Below, in pieces: positions 29,082-40,519 of a stretch of DNA of 64,000 nucleotides. Every line of letters begins with the position of its first letter. Within the stretch, counting starts at the first letter, position 1. This DNA comes from Tetramitus jugosus (lineage: Eukaryota; Protista; Heterolobosea): contig OW569351.1 of NCBI GenBank assembly GCA_937625935.1, forward strand, positions 434,001-498,000. Direction: 5' to 3'. The notes beneath the pieces are model-generated. The model worked only from the letters and a program-made list of their open reading frames with translations. It had not been told where the DNA came from and did not search any database. A program made the position numbers and the translations under genes.

Positions 29082-30983
29082 TTAAAATTGCTTATATTCA
29101 CGTTTATCTTCTTCTTCGTGAACATATGGATCGTACACCAACCAACTTCGTTCAAATCCTTCGGATAATCTACGCATTGTTCCAGATTCAAAAGCCTCAC
29201 TGATATCATAATGAGTCTCGGTAATAATCCATGGTCTCACAGCAATGATCTGTTGTGACTCAACTCTGGTTCTTAATATTCTTAGATCTGGCCAGTTTGT
29301 GTCCTTCTCCAAGAGTTCCAACAGAGTTTGACCAAACACAGCAAGTTGTTTCTCAGCAGCTCCTTTTTCTTGGCTGTGCACAACGTAGTCCATATACTCT
29401 AAAGCTCGCAGATTCGGACATGCTTTGACTAAGGCTTGTAGCCACTCATCTGATTTTGGCGGTAGTGCACCAGTTAAGCATAGATTCTTGAGGTTGGTCC
29501 ATGAGCATGAATTCAAGTGATTCACAGTGATTGGGTACCCAGATCCAATTGTTAATGTTTCTAAACTACCAAGTCGGGTTAGCATTTCAATATCTGAAGG
29601 TGGACTACTCCTTCGAAGATCAATGTATTTAATGTTCTGAGCACCGCCCACAATCTTGTCCATTTTCACCTTATCAGAGATGATTTCGGTCAGATTTGGA
29701 GCAATCTCAATAATACTGTCTGTGAAATTGTCTGGCAGTTCTTCATAGTATCCTTCAAAGATTAAGCGTTGGAGATTCTTCAATTCACCTCCTCCAAAGT
29801 GCACATCATCATACTGGTCGCAAAGATTTCCATTCGTGGCAATTCTTTGAATCAGCAAATTCTGCAGCTTTGCTCCACATCGCCCAATCTTTGTAAACAC
29901 TTTACCACTCACTTCACAGCAGTGATGTAAGATTAGATCTGTAAGTTCTGGAAGGGCAGTCATGAAGTCCAAAATACCCTCGTCTGTAAATTGGTTCTCT
30001 AATGGAGTAGCACTATCATCGCCCTGCACGTACAACTTCTTGAGCTTCGGACAATGCTTGGCCAAATGTTTAAGCAATCGATCATCTGGATCCTTGGTAT
30101 AAGTAAAATCAAAGCTTTCTAGGTTTGGTGCAATCTGTAGAAGATCAACTACAAATTGGATACTGGTTTCGTCGTCATAACAAGCACTAATAGTTAACTT
30201 CTTTAGAGAGTGGAGGACTGGGATATATATAGTGTCTGGATGAACTTCCTCGTTGTCATCGGTAGTCGCTCGTTTGCGATAGGAACCGGAATCCTCTATA
30301 CAAACACTCAATGACTCCAATGCATAACAACCGGACAACATTTGGTACAACTCCATCCTTGAGCACGTGTTAAGATTCAAATTTAAATTCTTCAACGAAG
30401 ATGCACAAGAAATTGGGATTTTGACGGTCTTCTTTTGCAACAATGTTGAATAGTCTGCATCTTCGTATGACATACTCCTTTTCACATCATCATCGCGCCA
30501 TTCGATAGTCACAACATCTGCTTGCCTTTCACCATCAGTAGCCTGTGTGGATAGAAGTTTAATACAATCAAGAGCCGATGGATCTTTTCTATATGCTCTA
30601 GATATTTGCAACATCTCTGTTAATTGACTTATTTCCAACTTATGCTCCTTCACCAAATTTCCCAGCTGAACTAATTGGTCGTTCTGGTTCAGTGTTAACT
30701 TGCTTCTCGTTCTCAATGCTTTAGTGATACTCCAAAAGGGAGCCAACACATGAGGTTGATCATCACGAACAATGGATTCAATTTTTGTTTTCAATTCCTT
30801 GCTTGCCATTGACAACATCAATACTTCACCAATGAATAAGAATGGAAGAATGGAGGAGATTTCATCAGTGGATAAGAGACTGAGGGGCACATCTTGAAAT
30901 GGCTTAATTGTGGCATCATTGTGTTTCACTTTCTTGACCAATGGGGAGTCACTCTGGGATGATTCAACACTTCTCTTAGACAT
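29082..30983 (-). CDS. F-box/leucine-rich-repeat protein
   Basis: ATG at 30983. F-box-like LSLLSTDEISSILPFLFIGEVLMLSMASKEL. Cys-containing LRRs (LAKHCPKLKKLYV, LVKACPNLRALE). Confidence 0.85.
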   Translation of the reverse strand: MSKRSVESSQSDSPLVKKVKHNDATIKPFQDVPLSLLSTDEISSILPFLFIGEVLMLSMASKELKTKIESIVRDDQPHVLAPFWSITKALRTRSKLTLNQNDQLVQLGNLVKEHKLEISQLTEMLQISRAYRKDPSALDCIKLLSTQATDGERQADVVTIEWRDDDVKRSMSYEDADYSTLLQKKTVKIPISCASSLKNLNLNLNTCSRMELYQMLSGCYALESLSVCIEDSGSYRKRATTDDNEEVHPDTIYIPVLHSLKKLTISACYDDETSIQFVVDLLQIAPNLESFDFTYTKDPDDRLLKHLAKHCPKLKKLYVQGDDSATPLENQFTDEGILDFMTALPELTDLILHHCCEVSGKVFTKIGRCGAKLQNLLIQRIATNGNLCDQYDDVHFGGGELKNLQRLIFEGYYEELPDNFTDSIIEIAPNLTEIISDKVKMDKIVGGAQNIKYIDLRRSSPPSDIEMLTRLGSLETLTIGSGYPITVNHLNSCSWTNLKNLCLTGALPPKSDEWLQALVKACPNLRALEYMDYVVHSQEKGAAEKQLAVFGQTLLELLEKDTNWPDLRILRTRVESQQIIAVRPWIITETHYDISEAFESGTMRRLSEGFERSWLVYDPYVHEEEDKREYKQF

Positions 30984-31154
30984 GTTCTCTTTGTTTGTGT
31001 CACACAACTTTGTCTTGGAAAATCGGTATGATAATTGCCGATTCCTTGTTTGGTTGATATCCAGAAATTGGTGGAAAAGTCACGTCGAATCCTTCCAGTT
31101 TCATCTTCGAAACCAGCCGATGAGAAAACAAGACTCTTAATAAAATGATTAACT

Positions 31155-32411
31155 TTACATGATATGACACTTGAGACAGTTTTGTTTGCGTCGATTGGTG
31201 TTGTTGTTGGGTATGCTGCTGTTCGGTCTGTTCCCATTGTTGTTCAACGATGGATTGTTGTTCGTGGGTGAGACACCGTTGGGATTCGACCGACCGTCTC
31301 CTCCTATGTGGTTCGGCTGTCTGATATTGTAAAAATTGTTGCTGTCTTGCGCGGCACTGCTGGAGGGTATCGTGCCCGAAACGTTCATCGTAATGCTCTT
31401 TGTTGTAGATGGCTCTGGTGGTTCTCTGGTGCCTGTCCGGGAAGACTTTTGTTGCCAATCGTAGAGATCATCCAGTTGGAAACCATTCATGTCGCACACC
31501 TTTTTCAACAAGCCCTTCAAGTAGGCATAATCAGGCTTATCACCATACTTTAGACTCTGCAAATGTTTCATGAACAGGAGGAATTCGTGCGGCAGTCCTT
31601 CCACCAATGTCTCATTTGTGAATCGCTTCTTGATCGCTAGTACTTGACTCTTGTCTCTCATGTTCATCCATGGCAGAGCGCCTGTTGCAAACTCGACCAA
31701 GCTATAAAAAACACTCCACAGGTCATCGTGTGGCCCTAGTTCGTGCATCTCATGAGAGTTTATACTCGCATAGCGCACTGTTCCTCTAAAGCCAGCAGAG
31801 GCTCTCGGAGGCCGAATATCACCATTTGCCAAAATATATCTCCTAGCCAGCCCAAAGTCAATGACGTGAACAGTGACGATACCAGGCAGTTCACTATTGG
31901 ACAAGTTTGTGACAAAGTTTGCAGGTTTGACGTCCCTGTGTACGAAACCTAGTTGATGCACACCTTCGATGCAATCAATCATTTGAATGCCCAGTCGCAG
32001 AGTAGTGCTCATTGAGAATCTCGCCTTTTTTCCATACTCTTTTCTCAGTTGGGCCAAATTGTCACCCAATTTTTCCATGACCACAAAATTCACATCTTGA
32101 AATCGACCACTGTGAATGTACCGTACGACTCGATTGCACGGTTGCAGGTGTTTCATTGCTGTGAGCTCCAATTTGAGTACTTGTTTTCTGCGATCACATT
32201 TTTCAACCTTGATGGCCACGTTCCTAGGATACTTTGAATCATTCTGTATATCAATGGCACTGTAAATTTCTCCGAATGATCCCGCTCCTAATTTACTCTG
32301 AATTTGCCATCGATTTTTTATGATGATTCCTGGTGAGAGCAATGGTTTTGTATTGTTGTTGTTGTTAGGGTTGTTGTTGTTGTTGTTATTAGGGTTGGGA
32401 CTATTGTTCAT
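31155..32411 (-). CDS. TTBK: Tau-tubulin kinase-like Ser/Thr kinase (CK1 group) with C-terminal CaaX
   Basis: GAGSFGEIY, VAIKVE..QVLKLE, HRDVKPANF, IDFGLAR, AGFRGTVRYASIN and DDLWSVFYSLVEF..G.LPW. Ends NCLKCHIM*. Confidence 0.9.
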   Translation of the reverse strand: MNNSPNPNNNNNNNPNNNNNTKPLLSPGIIIKNRWQIQSKLGAGSFGEIYSAIDIQNDSKYPRNVAIKVEKCDRRKQVLKLELTAMKHLQPCNRVVRYIHSGRFQDVNFVVMEKLGDNLAQLRKEYGKKARFSMSTTLRLGIQMIDCIEGVHQLGFVHRDVKPANFVTNLSNSELPGIVTVHVIDFGLARRYILANGDIRPPRASAGFRGTVRYASINSHEMHELGPHDDLWSVFYSLVEFATGALPWMNMRDKSQVLAIKKRFTNETLVEGLPHEFLLFMKHLQSLKYGDKPDYAYLKGLLKKVCDMNGFQLDDLYDWQQKSSRTGTREPPEPSTTKSITMNVSGTIPSSSAAQDSNNFYNIRQPNHIGGDGRSNPNGVSPTNNNPSLNNNGNRPNSSIPNNNTNRRKQNCLKCHIM

Positions 32412-33267
32412 TGTTGTTAATGATGCTTGTTGATGTTGTTGTGAATAGGGTGGTGATGAGCGATGCTTCTCTCAACTACTACTACTAGAACTTGTTATTG
32501 TTGTTGTGACGACGGTCAATCCTATGTATTGGTCGTTGTTAGTATTTTTTTTTCGATATGTGATTGTTGTTGGTTGTTGTTGGACTGATGATTCGTTACC
32601 AATGTTGTTGATCCCACTTTTTTGGTAGTTTTTTGTTGTTATTGGGAAGAAGGTCCCTCGATGATGATGTTGATGATTCGTCGTTCGTTCAAACTCGTTG
32701 GTCGTCGTCAGTTGTGTGGTGTGATGATGAGCGTTCCAGTTGATGAGGTGGGAGAAGCTATTGTGCGTCGCGTGTTGTTGTGTTTTTTTTCGGGCGCACC
32801 ACGCGGAAAAAGGACAAGTCACTTTGGCCAGGCAAGGAGAAACTGACGGCTTTTTTGGTCTTTGGGCCTGAAACCAAAAAGACTGATTCTGAAATGATTT
32901 TTATTTGGACCGTTCCGAATGCCGACTGATGTTTTTAATGTCGTGATAACACAATGTTAGTTTTCTTCAGAAGAATCCTGCAGCGTACTTTTGGTCAGCA
33001 ATGTAACTTGTTCACCGATGGCTGGTGTCGACAGAACACTGTAGTGCAGGCAATTGAATCTTGAGAACACTAAAGTCCGAAAAATCGTTTGTAATGATGT
33101 TTCGAATTTTCCCGCCTAGCCTGTTCGTCAATCGACAAGTTCTTCATCGTCATTCTAACATCACCAAAAAGCGACGCCCGACCCTAATAACGAAAGCACA
33201 CAACAACACACGCCAAGCCATACCTGACTGCTCTTGCCCAATCATCAGTTTTCAAAAACAAAGACGA

Positions 33268-35224
33268 ATGATGACCGAGGACCACGAGCACAGAGTTTCG
33301 CTCATCTCTCGTTTCATTCACCGAAAGAGCAGCGGTGTCATGTCACCTTCAACTCCCACCACATCTTCTCAGACTCTTACTCCAACAACAACGGCAATGA
33401 TGATAACATCATACGACAGTGTTTCTTCTTGTCCTTCCATAAAACCTTCTCCTTTTTCATCGCTGCCCAGAGAGATACTGTGCGTCATTTCAAGCTTTTG
33501 CGATTTGCATTCAAACTTGCAGTTGAGTGTCTGTTGTCGTGAATTGTCCATTGCCAGCGCTAGAAACGATGTTTGGATGTACATTTTATTTTCTAATGTG
33601 GGAATTAATCAGAATGTGCATGATATATTGGAGTCGTATAATCGAAAGGCGAAAAAGGGTCGATTGACCGCCATTGAAGCACAGGTCATGCAACAATCCG
33701 GTAGCGAGTTCTTAAAGTTTTTGAATGTGAAACTCATTTGTCAGTTGAATGATTTGGATTTTGATAGTTTTATTCGTGGAACAAATGGTGCAATGGATGG
33801 GAGTCATGTGCCGTACATGTCCACGTTGAGCGCAATCACGAATAGTTATCAGACATCGTATCATCTCAATAATCATCACCATCAACAACAACAACAGCAC
33901 AATCATCAGATTATGATTCATGATCATCAGGAGGTTGCGCATGAAAGCGAAAATACGGACAATGAATATATGTTTGGTGATTATTCATCGTTGCAATGCC
34001 GAGTTCGCGAAGCATTTTCAGATGAGCTGAGTTGTATAAATTACAAGAGTCAATATGTTGAATTGATGAGGAATCATAAGCAAGCAGTGGAGAAACGGAG
34101 AATACGGCGGTTGGAGAAGAGTCGGAGGCAGAATCGACTATTTACAGTGGCTTCTGTATCATTTTTGCTACTGTTGTTGGCTATGGCTCTGTACTTGACT
34201 ACACAGGGTCTCTATTTGGATGGCATCATTCCGCAGAGACGAGAATTTTGGTTAATACCTTTTATGCCACTAGTTTTGTTGTTAGTTCCAGCATTGTCTT
34301 ATATGATTGGTGGATTTGCCATTGCGATCAAGTGGAACCCAGTTGTGCACCAGAATTATTTCACAACATTGAGTAAGCACACAAAGAACTATTTTGTGTT
34401 GTCGTTAGCTCATCTTACGTGGATCATTTTGATGATTATTTTGGGTGGTGCCAAGATGATTGGTCAGCGGGGTACACCGAACTGGAGTCGGTATATGATA
34501 CCAGTGTATTGCTGTTGGATGGTCAATATTGTTGTGAATGCCATTTTGGCTTTTGCAGTGTACAGGGAGCAGAAAATTGAGATTAGTCATCTGTTGGACG
34601 TGCAGAATGATTCGAGAGGATCTCAAAAAATGAGAAAAACTGGGCGTGCTCTGGATTGTGCCAGAGCTAAGATTTCTTGCTCTCGATTCCTTTGCGTTGC
34701 GTTATTTTTTAGTTATTCGTGCATTCTAGTGTCTACGGTTCTTGCTTTGCAAAAGTATGATGCCTTCCTAGCCAAAAGGAAGTCATACAAGGCTGGATAC
34801 AGCGTTTTGTTGATACCCATCTATGTGACCATTCTGTTCTGGATCGTCTGTATGCCCATACTTCTTCGTCACATTGTATACATTCTACTAGGTTCTCCAG
34901 CACCGCAGAGATCAATGGACTTCTTCCAGCTTGCACGTGGAATGTTTATTGTCATTACGAGCTTGTGTGCAGAAATTCTAATGTTCCCATTGCTGGTGTC
35001 CGCCATACTATTTGGACTAAGATTGGACAACTTGATTGGGATTCGATATGTTTGGGTGTTTAGGTATGTTAATGACGTGAGTTGACCTTGTTTGTTTATT
35101 CCAAACACTAACCCTCAATTATTGTGTGCACAGTCCCATCTCTTTTACGTATTTGATCGTGTTTAGCACGTTTGGCCTCTTGTGTCTCTATGTTCTGTAC
35201 TCTCTCATGAAGAACAAGTACTAA
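33268..35224 (+). CDS. F-box protein with TMEM185-like membrane domain; 2 exons (33268-35063, 35134-35224)
   Basis: F-box FSSLPREILCVISSFCD...LSVCCREL...NDVW followed by TM helices. Intron 35064-35133 (GTATGT...CACTAAC...CAG) restores LRLDNLIGIRYVWVFSPI and a final TM helix. Confidence 0.82.
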
Positions 35225-35335
35225 CAGGATATCACCCAGCCGACCCTAACTTCACCTAGGTTTGCCCCCACTGTTCTGCTTTGCCGCCAAAATAAAATTT
35301 CGCGCCAAAAACCATAACGAAACCAAAAGAAAAAA

Positions 35336-36952
35336 ATGACCGAACAACAACAGATTATCGTGCTTGACACTTTTGCCAAGGATGCAGCCATCTCCGAAAG
35401 CAACAACAAACCAGACAACTTGATTGTGATTGGTTATTTCCAGTCCAATGAATTGAAACAGTTTTTTGTTGAACAAATTGCCAAAAAGCAAGCTCAATCT
35501 GATGAGACTGTTACCTTTTATGCATGCCCACTCGATGGATCATCATCAAGTGACGTCGTGGCACTGATTGAGACATACAATGAAGGTGATTTGCTCGGTG
35601 AAAAGGAATATTCATCTGAAGAGAGATTGGAAGAGATTCAGAGTGATATGAACATGTTTGTGATGGCAGAGTTATTTGCTCACAAGTTTGCTGATCAGAT
35701 GCCAGATGAAGATGACGAAGAGGAAGACGACGAAGAAGAGGAGGAAAGTGAAGGAGTAGACGAAGAAGAAGAAGAAGCAGACGAGGATGAGGAGGATGAA
35801 GAAGAAGAGGAAGAAGAAGATGAAGAAGATGAGGAGGAGGATGATGGAGAGACAGTTGTGCTAACACATATTACGCAACAGGATTTGCAACCTGCTTGGT
35901 CTAAAGTGTATGAAGATCTAAGTGGAAACTCTCTTGCGTACACTACGTTTAGAAATTCTGTCGGAGGTGTGATCAGAGATGTCTTGTTTGTGAATAATCC
36001 AGTGATGAAAATGATGGCACAAATTTCGGATCCAAGTGCTCCAGAGAGACAGGATTTGCTCGAGTTGGTGAATGAGGCTTCTCAATTGCCATCTGAAGCA
36101 ATCAATCCTCCTGTTAGTGATCAAGTTCGTAATGAAATGAAAAATATTCTTGAATTGAAGAAGAAATTTGTAGAGCAGAGTACTGTTGCTGATGAATTCC
36201 AATACTTCCTGCAATTTGAAGAAGAGGAGAGTGAGGTCATCAAGCAACATGAGCAACAACAAAAGATGGAATGGAAAACATTTGGAGCAGACTTGCAGAG
36301 ATTGCAAATTGGATCGACATTTTCGATTGGAAGAGGCTACAGAGGTCAATTCCGTGTTTTGGTTGACCCTGAGGCATTGCAATATCAATTGTTTGATTTT
36401 GAGCATGATGAGGCAGATGAGAAGCAGCTCGCAGAGGATGCAGAGCATGTTCGACAATATATTCTGTCACAGGCTCACAAGTTTAAAGAAAGTTCCAAGC
36501 GCTACAGAATCAGAATTCCATTCGGCAACATCAGTGCTATTCATTACCATGCATCTCAAGTTGATCCAGGATTAGGATTGCTTGTTGTTGATTTGGTTGA
36601 GTATCCAGAATTTGCTGTTAGATCAATCACAGAGAAGTCATGGACATCCGTAAGTGACTTTACCGTCGACCAGATGGCATCCAAGAACAAACGCCACTAC
36701 GTTGTCGGTAATCACGAAGAGTTGTCCAAGGTTCTATCACTTCTTTTAAGCAGTAATGATTCACTTGCTCGTCTGTACACCGAAAAGAAGTTAGATTTGA
36801 CCACTCAAAGCGAAGAGCAAGCAGAAATGAACATCGCCGAGTCAAACGTAGTCAGTCCTTTTGCACATTTGAATGACGATGGCACCAAGGAGCCATCACG
36901 TGAGGAGGATGGTGCAGAACAGCAGGAAGGTCGTGAATGTATACTGATGTAA
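35336..36952 (+). CDS. Acidic protein with TRF2/HOY1-type PH-like domain and C-terminal CaaX
   Basis: About 50-residue D/E tract. Domain pattern YRIRIPFGNISAI...LVVDLVEYPEF...WTSVSDFTVDQMASKNKRHYV. Ends RECILM*. Confidence 0.7.
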   Translation: MTEQQQIIVLDTFAKDAAISESNNKPDNLIVIGYFQSNELKQFFVEQIAKKQAQSDETVTFYACPLDGSSSSDVVALIETYNEGDLLGEKEYSSEERLEEIQSDMNMFVMAELFAHKFADQMPDEDDEEEDDEEEEESEGVDEEEEEADEDEEDEEEEEEEDEEDEEEDDGETVVLTHITQQDLQPAWSKVYEDLSGNSLAYTTFRNSVGGVIRDVLFVNNPVMKMMAQISDPSAPERQDLLELVNEASQLPSEAINPPVSDQVRNEMKNILELKKKFVEQSTVADEFQYFLQFEEEESEVIKQHEQQQKMEWKTFGADLQRLQIGSTFSIGRGYRGQFRVLVDPEALQYQLFDFEHDEADEKQLAEDAEHVRQYILSQAHKFKESSKRYRIRIPFGNISAIHYHASQVDPGLGLLVVDLVEYPEFAVRSITEKSWTSVSDFTVDQMASKNKRHYVVGNHEELSKVLSLLLSSNDSLARLYTEKKLDLTTQSEEQAEMNIAESNVVSPFAHLNDDGTKEPSREEDGAEQQEGRECILM

Positions 36953-36996
36953 AACATAAAATTGAATAACTTATTTACGATAGATAGATAGATTGA

Positions 36997-38958
36997 TTAG
37001 TAGTCGGTGCTGCCATCACTAGCAGAGTCATCGATCATTTGTCCATGAAAGGTAGATGCGGACTTCCTTGGTCTTCCTCTCCCACTGCTTGTGGTTTTAG
37101 CTTTGCTTGTCCTGTTCTTCTTCTTGAACCCTCTTCTTGGTCGATCATTCAAATATTTCAGATAATCCAACGAAAACAATTTCAAAACTCGTGTTTCATC
37201 TCCCGATCCTCGTTTCGCTCTAAAGTGACTACTGTCAATCGATGGATTGAATTTACGCAGATCATCCAAGTGACTATCGTCCAAGGAAACGAATGCCTTC
37301 TTTTTTGTAGTGTTCCAGTATCGATCTGTACGATTCGGGTGATCGGGATCGTTCAATCCAGTTAAAACCTTTGCATCCTTCTTTATCACGTAGAGACCAT
37401 CGTTCAAATTGATGTAATAAACACCGTTTTTGTCAGCTCCATGATTTGCAGAGGGCTCATTGAACACGACTCGATCTGTAGATCCTGCACCGCCAGCCAT
37501 TTCTTCTCTGTCCTCGTACTCATCTCCCTCGTAATCATTTCCCTCTGACTCCCCATCATTGTTATCGTGTTCGTCTCGCGTGTCAATCTCTAACTCATCG
37601 TGTGTATCTTCTTCATCGCTGTTGACATCACCACCATTAGAATATCTCTTATGGAGTTGCGACTGTTTGTCCCGAGAGTTTTTAGGTGAGTCATGCAATG
37701 ACAATAACAAGGAAGATGTCTCATCATCATATCTACCACGACTGGTGCTATTGGTATTGCCATCTCGTCTTTTTCGTCTTCTTCTCTGTTGATCGGCAGT
37801 ACTAGTGCCACTACCACTAGCGACACCATTGTATAAATTATTTCTTCTTGATGATGATGCGCCTCCAGCGGTATTTTGTTGATGACGAGATGACATATCC
37901 CTGTTCACATTGCGATTGTAGATGATTGAATCTACTTGATCTTCCATGTAATGATCATTATAATCATTGTGGGCACTTTCTTCTTCACGATAACCCTCAA
38001 AATTAATATTCTCCTCATCATCGTCATAATAATACTCTTGGTTGTAAACATTGTGATGGTCATCATCATGATTCATCCCAAAATTGGCTTGTCTCTCATA
38101 CGAGTATTCATAGTCATCATCATCACCATTGAGATCAAATTCTCTATTAGCAGTAGCAGGTGATTTCTCCATTGCTCTCCTTCTTCTCTTGGCTTGTTCC
38201 TCCTGAACTGGATCATACATGTGTTCACTTTCATTCAATTTTCTCTTTGAAAGTCTACCGTTATTGTTGTTATAGGAGGATAAGGATGAGGAAGCGATAG
38301 GACGTCCAGACGCCGAGGAGGAGGATAATGGTGCTGTCGTTCCAGATGACTGTGTTTCACTCATATGTTGAATGATATCACTGTAAATACGTTTTTGCAT
38401 CAACCGATGCACCAAGTTTGCAGTTTTGGGCAGAAGCATGTTTTTCACACGGTCATCATGAGCCACATCAATGGCACCACTACCATTACTAGTATAAGCG
38501 ACGTGGTCAATATTTGGATTTGTGGTGTCCATAACTACATCATCACCATTTTCTTCATTATCATCATCATTTAAAATGCTCATTGTTTCTGCCTCTAAAG
38601 CTTCCAACATGGTTAAAGAGTGCTTTATGTTATCGATGACATTGACAATGGTCTTTAGCTTTTGCTCATGTCTGTCCTTTTGGCGCTCCAACAAGTCAAG
38701 ATACTGCTGTAATTGATCACTTGATTTGACATAGTGATGATGATTTTTGTTTTGAAGTTGTTGTTGATTGACTCCATGGTTGTTGGGAGCTGTTGTTGTA
38801 GAGGTTGCGGAATAATTATTTTTGGCGGCAAGAGTCATGGTGTGGTTGTTGTTGGGTGTCAAAGATTTTTGGGAGGAACCAGGGTGGTGCTGTTGTTGGT
38901 TCACGTGTTGGTGTGACGGTGATTGAATGGGTATTGTTGTCGTTGTTTGATGAGTCAT
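36997..38958 (-). CDS. Low-complexity nuclear protein with coiled coil and C-terminal AT-hook
   Basis: N/Q/D-rich, with a short coiled coil, NLS-like KRRRR and RRRRKRR, a small globular segment near the C-terminus, and GRGRPRK. Confidence 0.7.
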   Translation of the reverse strand: MTHQTTTTIPIQSPSHQHVNQQQHHPGSSQKSLTPNNNHTMTLAAKNNYSATSTTTAPNNHGVNQQQLQNKNHHHYVKSSDQLQQYLDLLERQKDRHEQKLKTIVNVIDNIKHSLTMLEALEAETMSILNDDDNEENGDDVVMDTTNPNIDHVAYTSNGSGAIDVAHDDRVKNMLLPKTANLVHRLMQKRIYSDIIQHMSETQSSGTTAPLSSSSASGRPIASSSLSSYNNNNGRLSKRKLNESEHMYDPVQEEQAKRRRRAMEKSPATANREFDLNGDDDDYEYSYERQANFGMNHDDDHHNVYNQEYYYDDDEENINFEGYREEESAHNDYNDHYMEDQVDSIIYNRNVNRDMSSRHQQNTAGGASSSRRNNLYNGVASGSGTSTADQQRRRRKRRDGNTNSTSRGRYDDETSSLLLSLHDSPKNSRDKQSQLHKRYSNGGDVNSDEEDTHDELEIDTRDEHDNNDGESEGNDYEGDEYEDREEMAGGAGSTDRVVFNEPSANHGADKNGVYYINLNDGLYVIKKDAKVLTGLNDPDHPNRTDRYWNTTKKKAFVSLDDSHLDDLRKFNPSIDSSHFRAKRGSGDETRVLKLFSLDYLKYLNDRPRRGFKKKNRTSKAKTTSSGRGRPRKSASTFHGQMIDDSASDGSTDY

Positions 38959-39559
38959 GAAGGGAGGTTCAAGTATTTTTTAACGATGGATAGTGGTTGT
39001 TTCTTATAAGAAAGGCTTTTTATAACAGAAAAAATCAACCAGATTTAACTTGATGGCTTCTGATTGCTGGTTGAAGAATCAAGGAAACGAGCAGAAGAAT
39101 CTCAAAGTTCCGAGCAGGCCACCAAGCCTTGCCATGGATCAGTGGCAACCCAACACAATGTAGAGGGTTCGGGCATCACTGAAAACACCATCTGAACCCA
39201 ATCGTGTGTGGTGGAAGTATCGGCTCAGAGGAACAAACCAACCGTCAGAATCTGCACTGAAGATTGACACCTCCAACCTGGCCACAAAAGTGGACAATAA
39301 CATGTACATCTCAGCAAGTGTTACTTGGGCTTTTGTCGTCCTGTTGAAGGAGCTAGTTGTGTCATTCACTCTTTAGTACCTATGACATCCCTATCGTTCC
39401 CAACAACAATAAGACGAGGGTCTGACTATTCTTCTAGAAGCTCCAAACTAAGCATTGACTAGTTGTTAGTTCATTGAAACTAAACGTCGCCAGACACCCA
39501 GAGTTGTAGAAGTGACGACGTGAAGCGGATAAAAAGAAGAGAAGCATTTTGCACGATCC

Positions 39560-40519
39560 ATGAAACAAAACAAGGAACCACAACCACGGTCACGAACAAC
39601 AACAACAACCAGAACGATCAGAACATCAACCAACCCAAACCAACAACAACAACAGCAACAAGAATCTGAAGAGCAATCCTCAACTTATCAACCTGGTGCT
39701 TGGTTTTTTCGGTTACAAGATGAACTACTACTATCCATCCACCCTAAGCAAACAAGACATGGACAATCAACGACAAATGATCTGACGGAAAAGAACACCC
39801 GGAACAACAAGGATGCGAGTCCACAGAGTCTCCCTGTGGAACATCCACTCTTATCACTGCATCATCGCTTTGCTCAAATGCTGATTGCCAACAAGTTGAA
39901 GGACAACAGACAAGGTGATTCACTTGATGATAATGTGAGCAAAAGTGGAGACAAAGAAGAACAAAATCAGCAAATTAATGGCCAATCTCTGTTGGCCAAG
40001 TTGAAGAATTGGTTGTTTTTTCGGGAGGACCATGGCTCCTTTAAGAAACGATCAATCAATAGGAGTGCAAGAGGCACAAAACAGGCAAGCAGCAGATCGA
40101 TATCGAATACGACAGAGTCTGAAGAATCTTTTTCTTTTGTTCAATGGTGTTTTCAAATTCTTCAGCGATTCAATCCAATGATTAATATGTTGGAAGCACT
40201 CATTTATGCACTTGATAGTTTAGGAATGCACTCCTTGGCTCACTTGGTGGTAGAACTGCGCAAAGTTTTGCTTGTACTCTTTCGATTGATATGGGACATG
40301 TTCTTTTTGTTTGATGAATCTGGCAGGAGAAGGGCTCTACTCGAGAAACCAATGAGATCCGAGCAGATGAGAGACTCATCACAACATTATCCCCATCAAT
40401 ATCGACATGGTTATCGTAGTCCTACGATTGGGAATGATTATTATTCTTCGGGTGATAGCTATGATTATCGAAACTATGATGGTAGGAGCTCACCATATGG
40501 TGAGAGTTATGGCATTTGA
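39560..40519 (+). CDS. Hypothetical protein
   Basis: 319-aa ATG-initiated ORF with poly-T/Q N-terminus, amphipathic helical segment and Tyr-rich C-terminus. No family recognised. Confidence 0.6.
   Translation: MKQNKEPQPRSRTTTTTRTIRTSTNPNQQQQQQQESEEQSSTYQPGAWFFRLQDELLLSIHPKQTRHGQSTTNDLTEKNTRNNKDASPQSLPVEHPLLSLHHRFAQMLIANKLKDNRQGDSLDDNVSKSGDKEEQNQQINGQSLLAKLKNWLFFREDHGSFKKRSINRSARGTKQASSRSISNTTESEESFSFVQWCFQILQRFNPMINMLEALIYALDSLGMHSLAHLVVELRKVLLVLFRLIWDMFFLFDESGRRRALLEKPMRSEQMRDSSQHYPHQYRHGYRSPTIGNDYYSSGDSYDYRNYDGRSSPYGESYGI

Noticed and set aside
39139-39369. 76-aa minus-strand ORF in the divergent intergenic region
   Set aside because: GTG start, no recognisable motif, and it lies in the presumed promoter region between two divergent genes.
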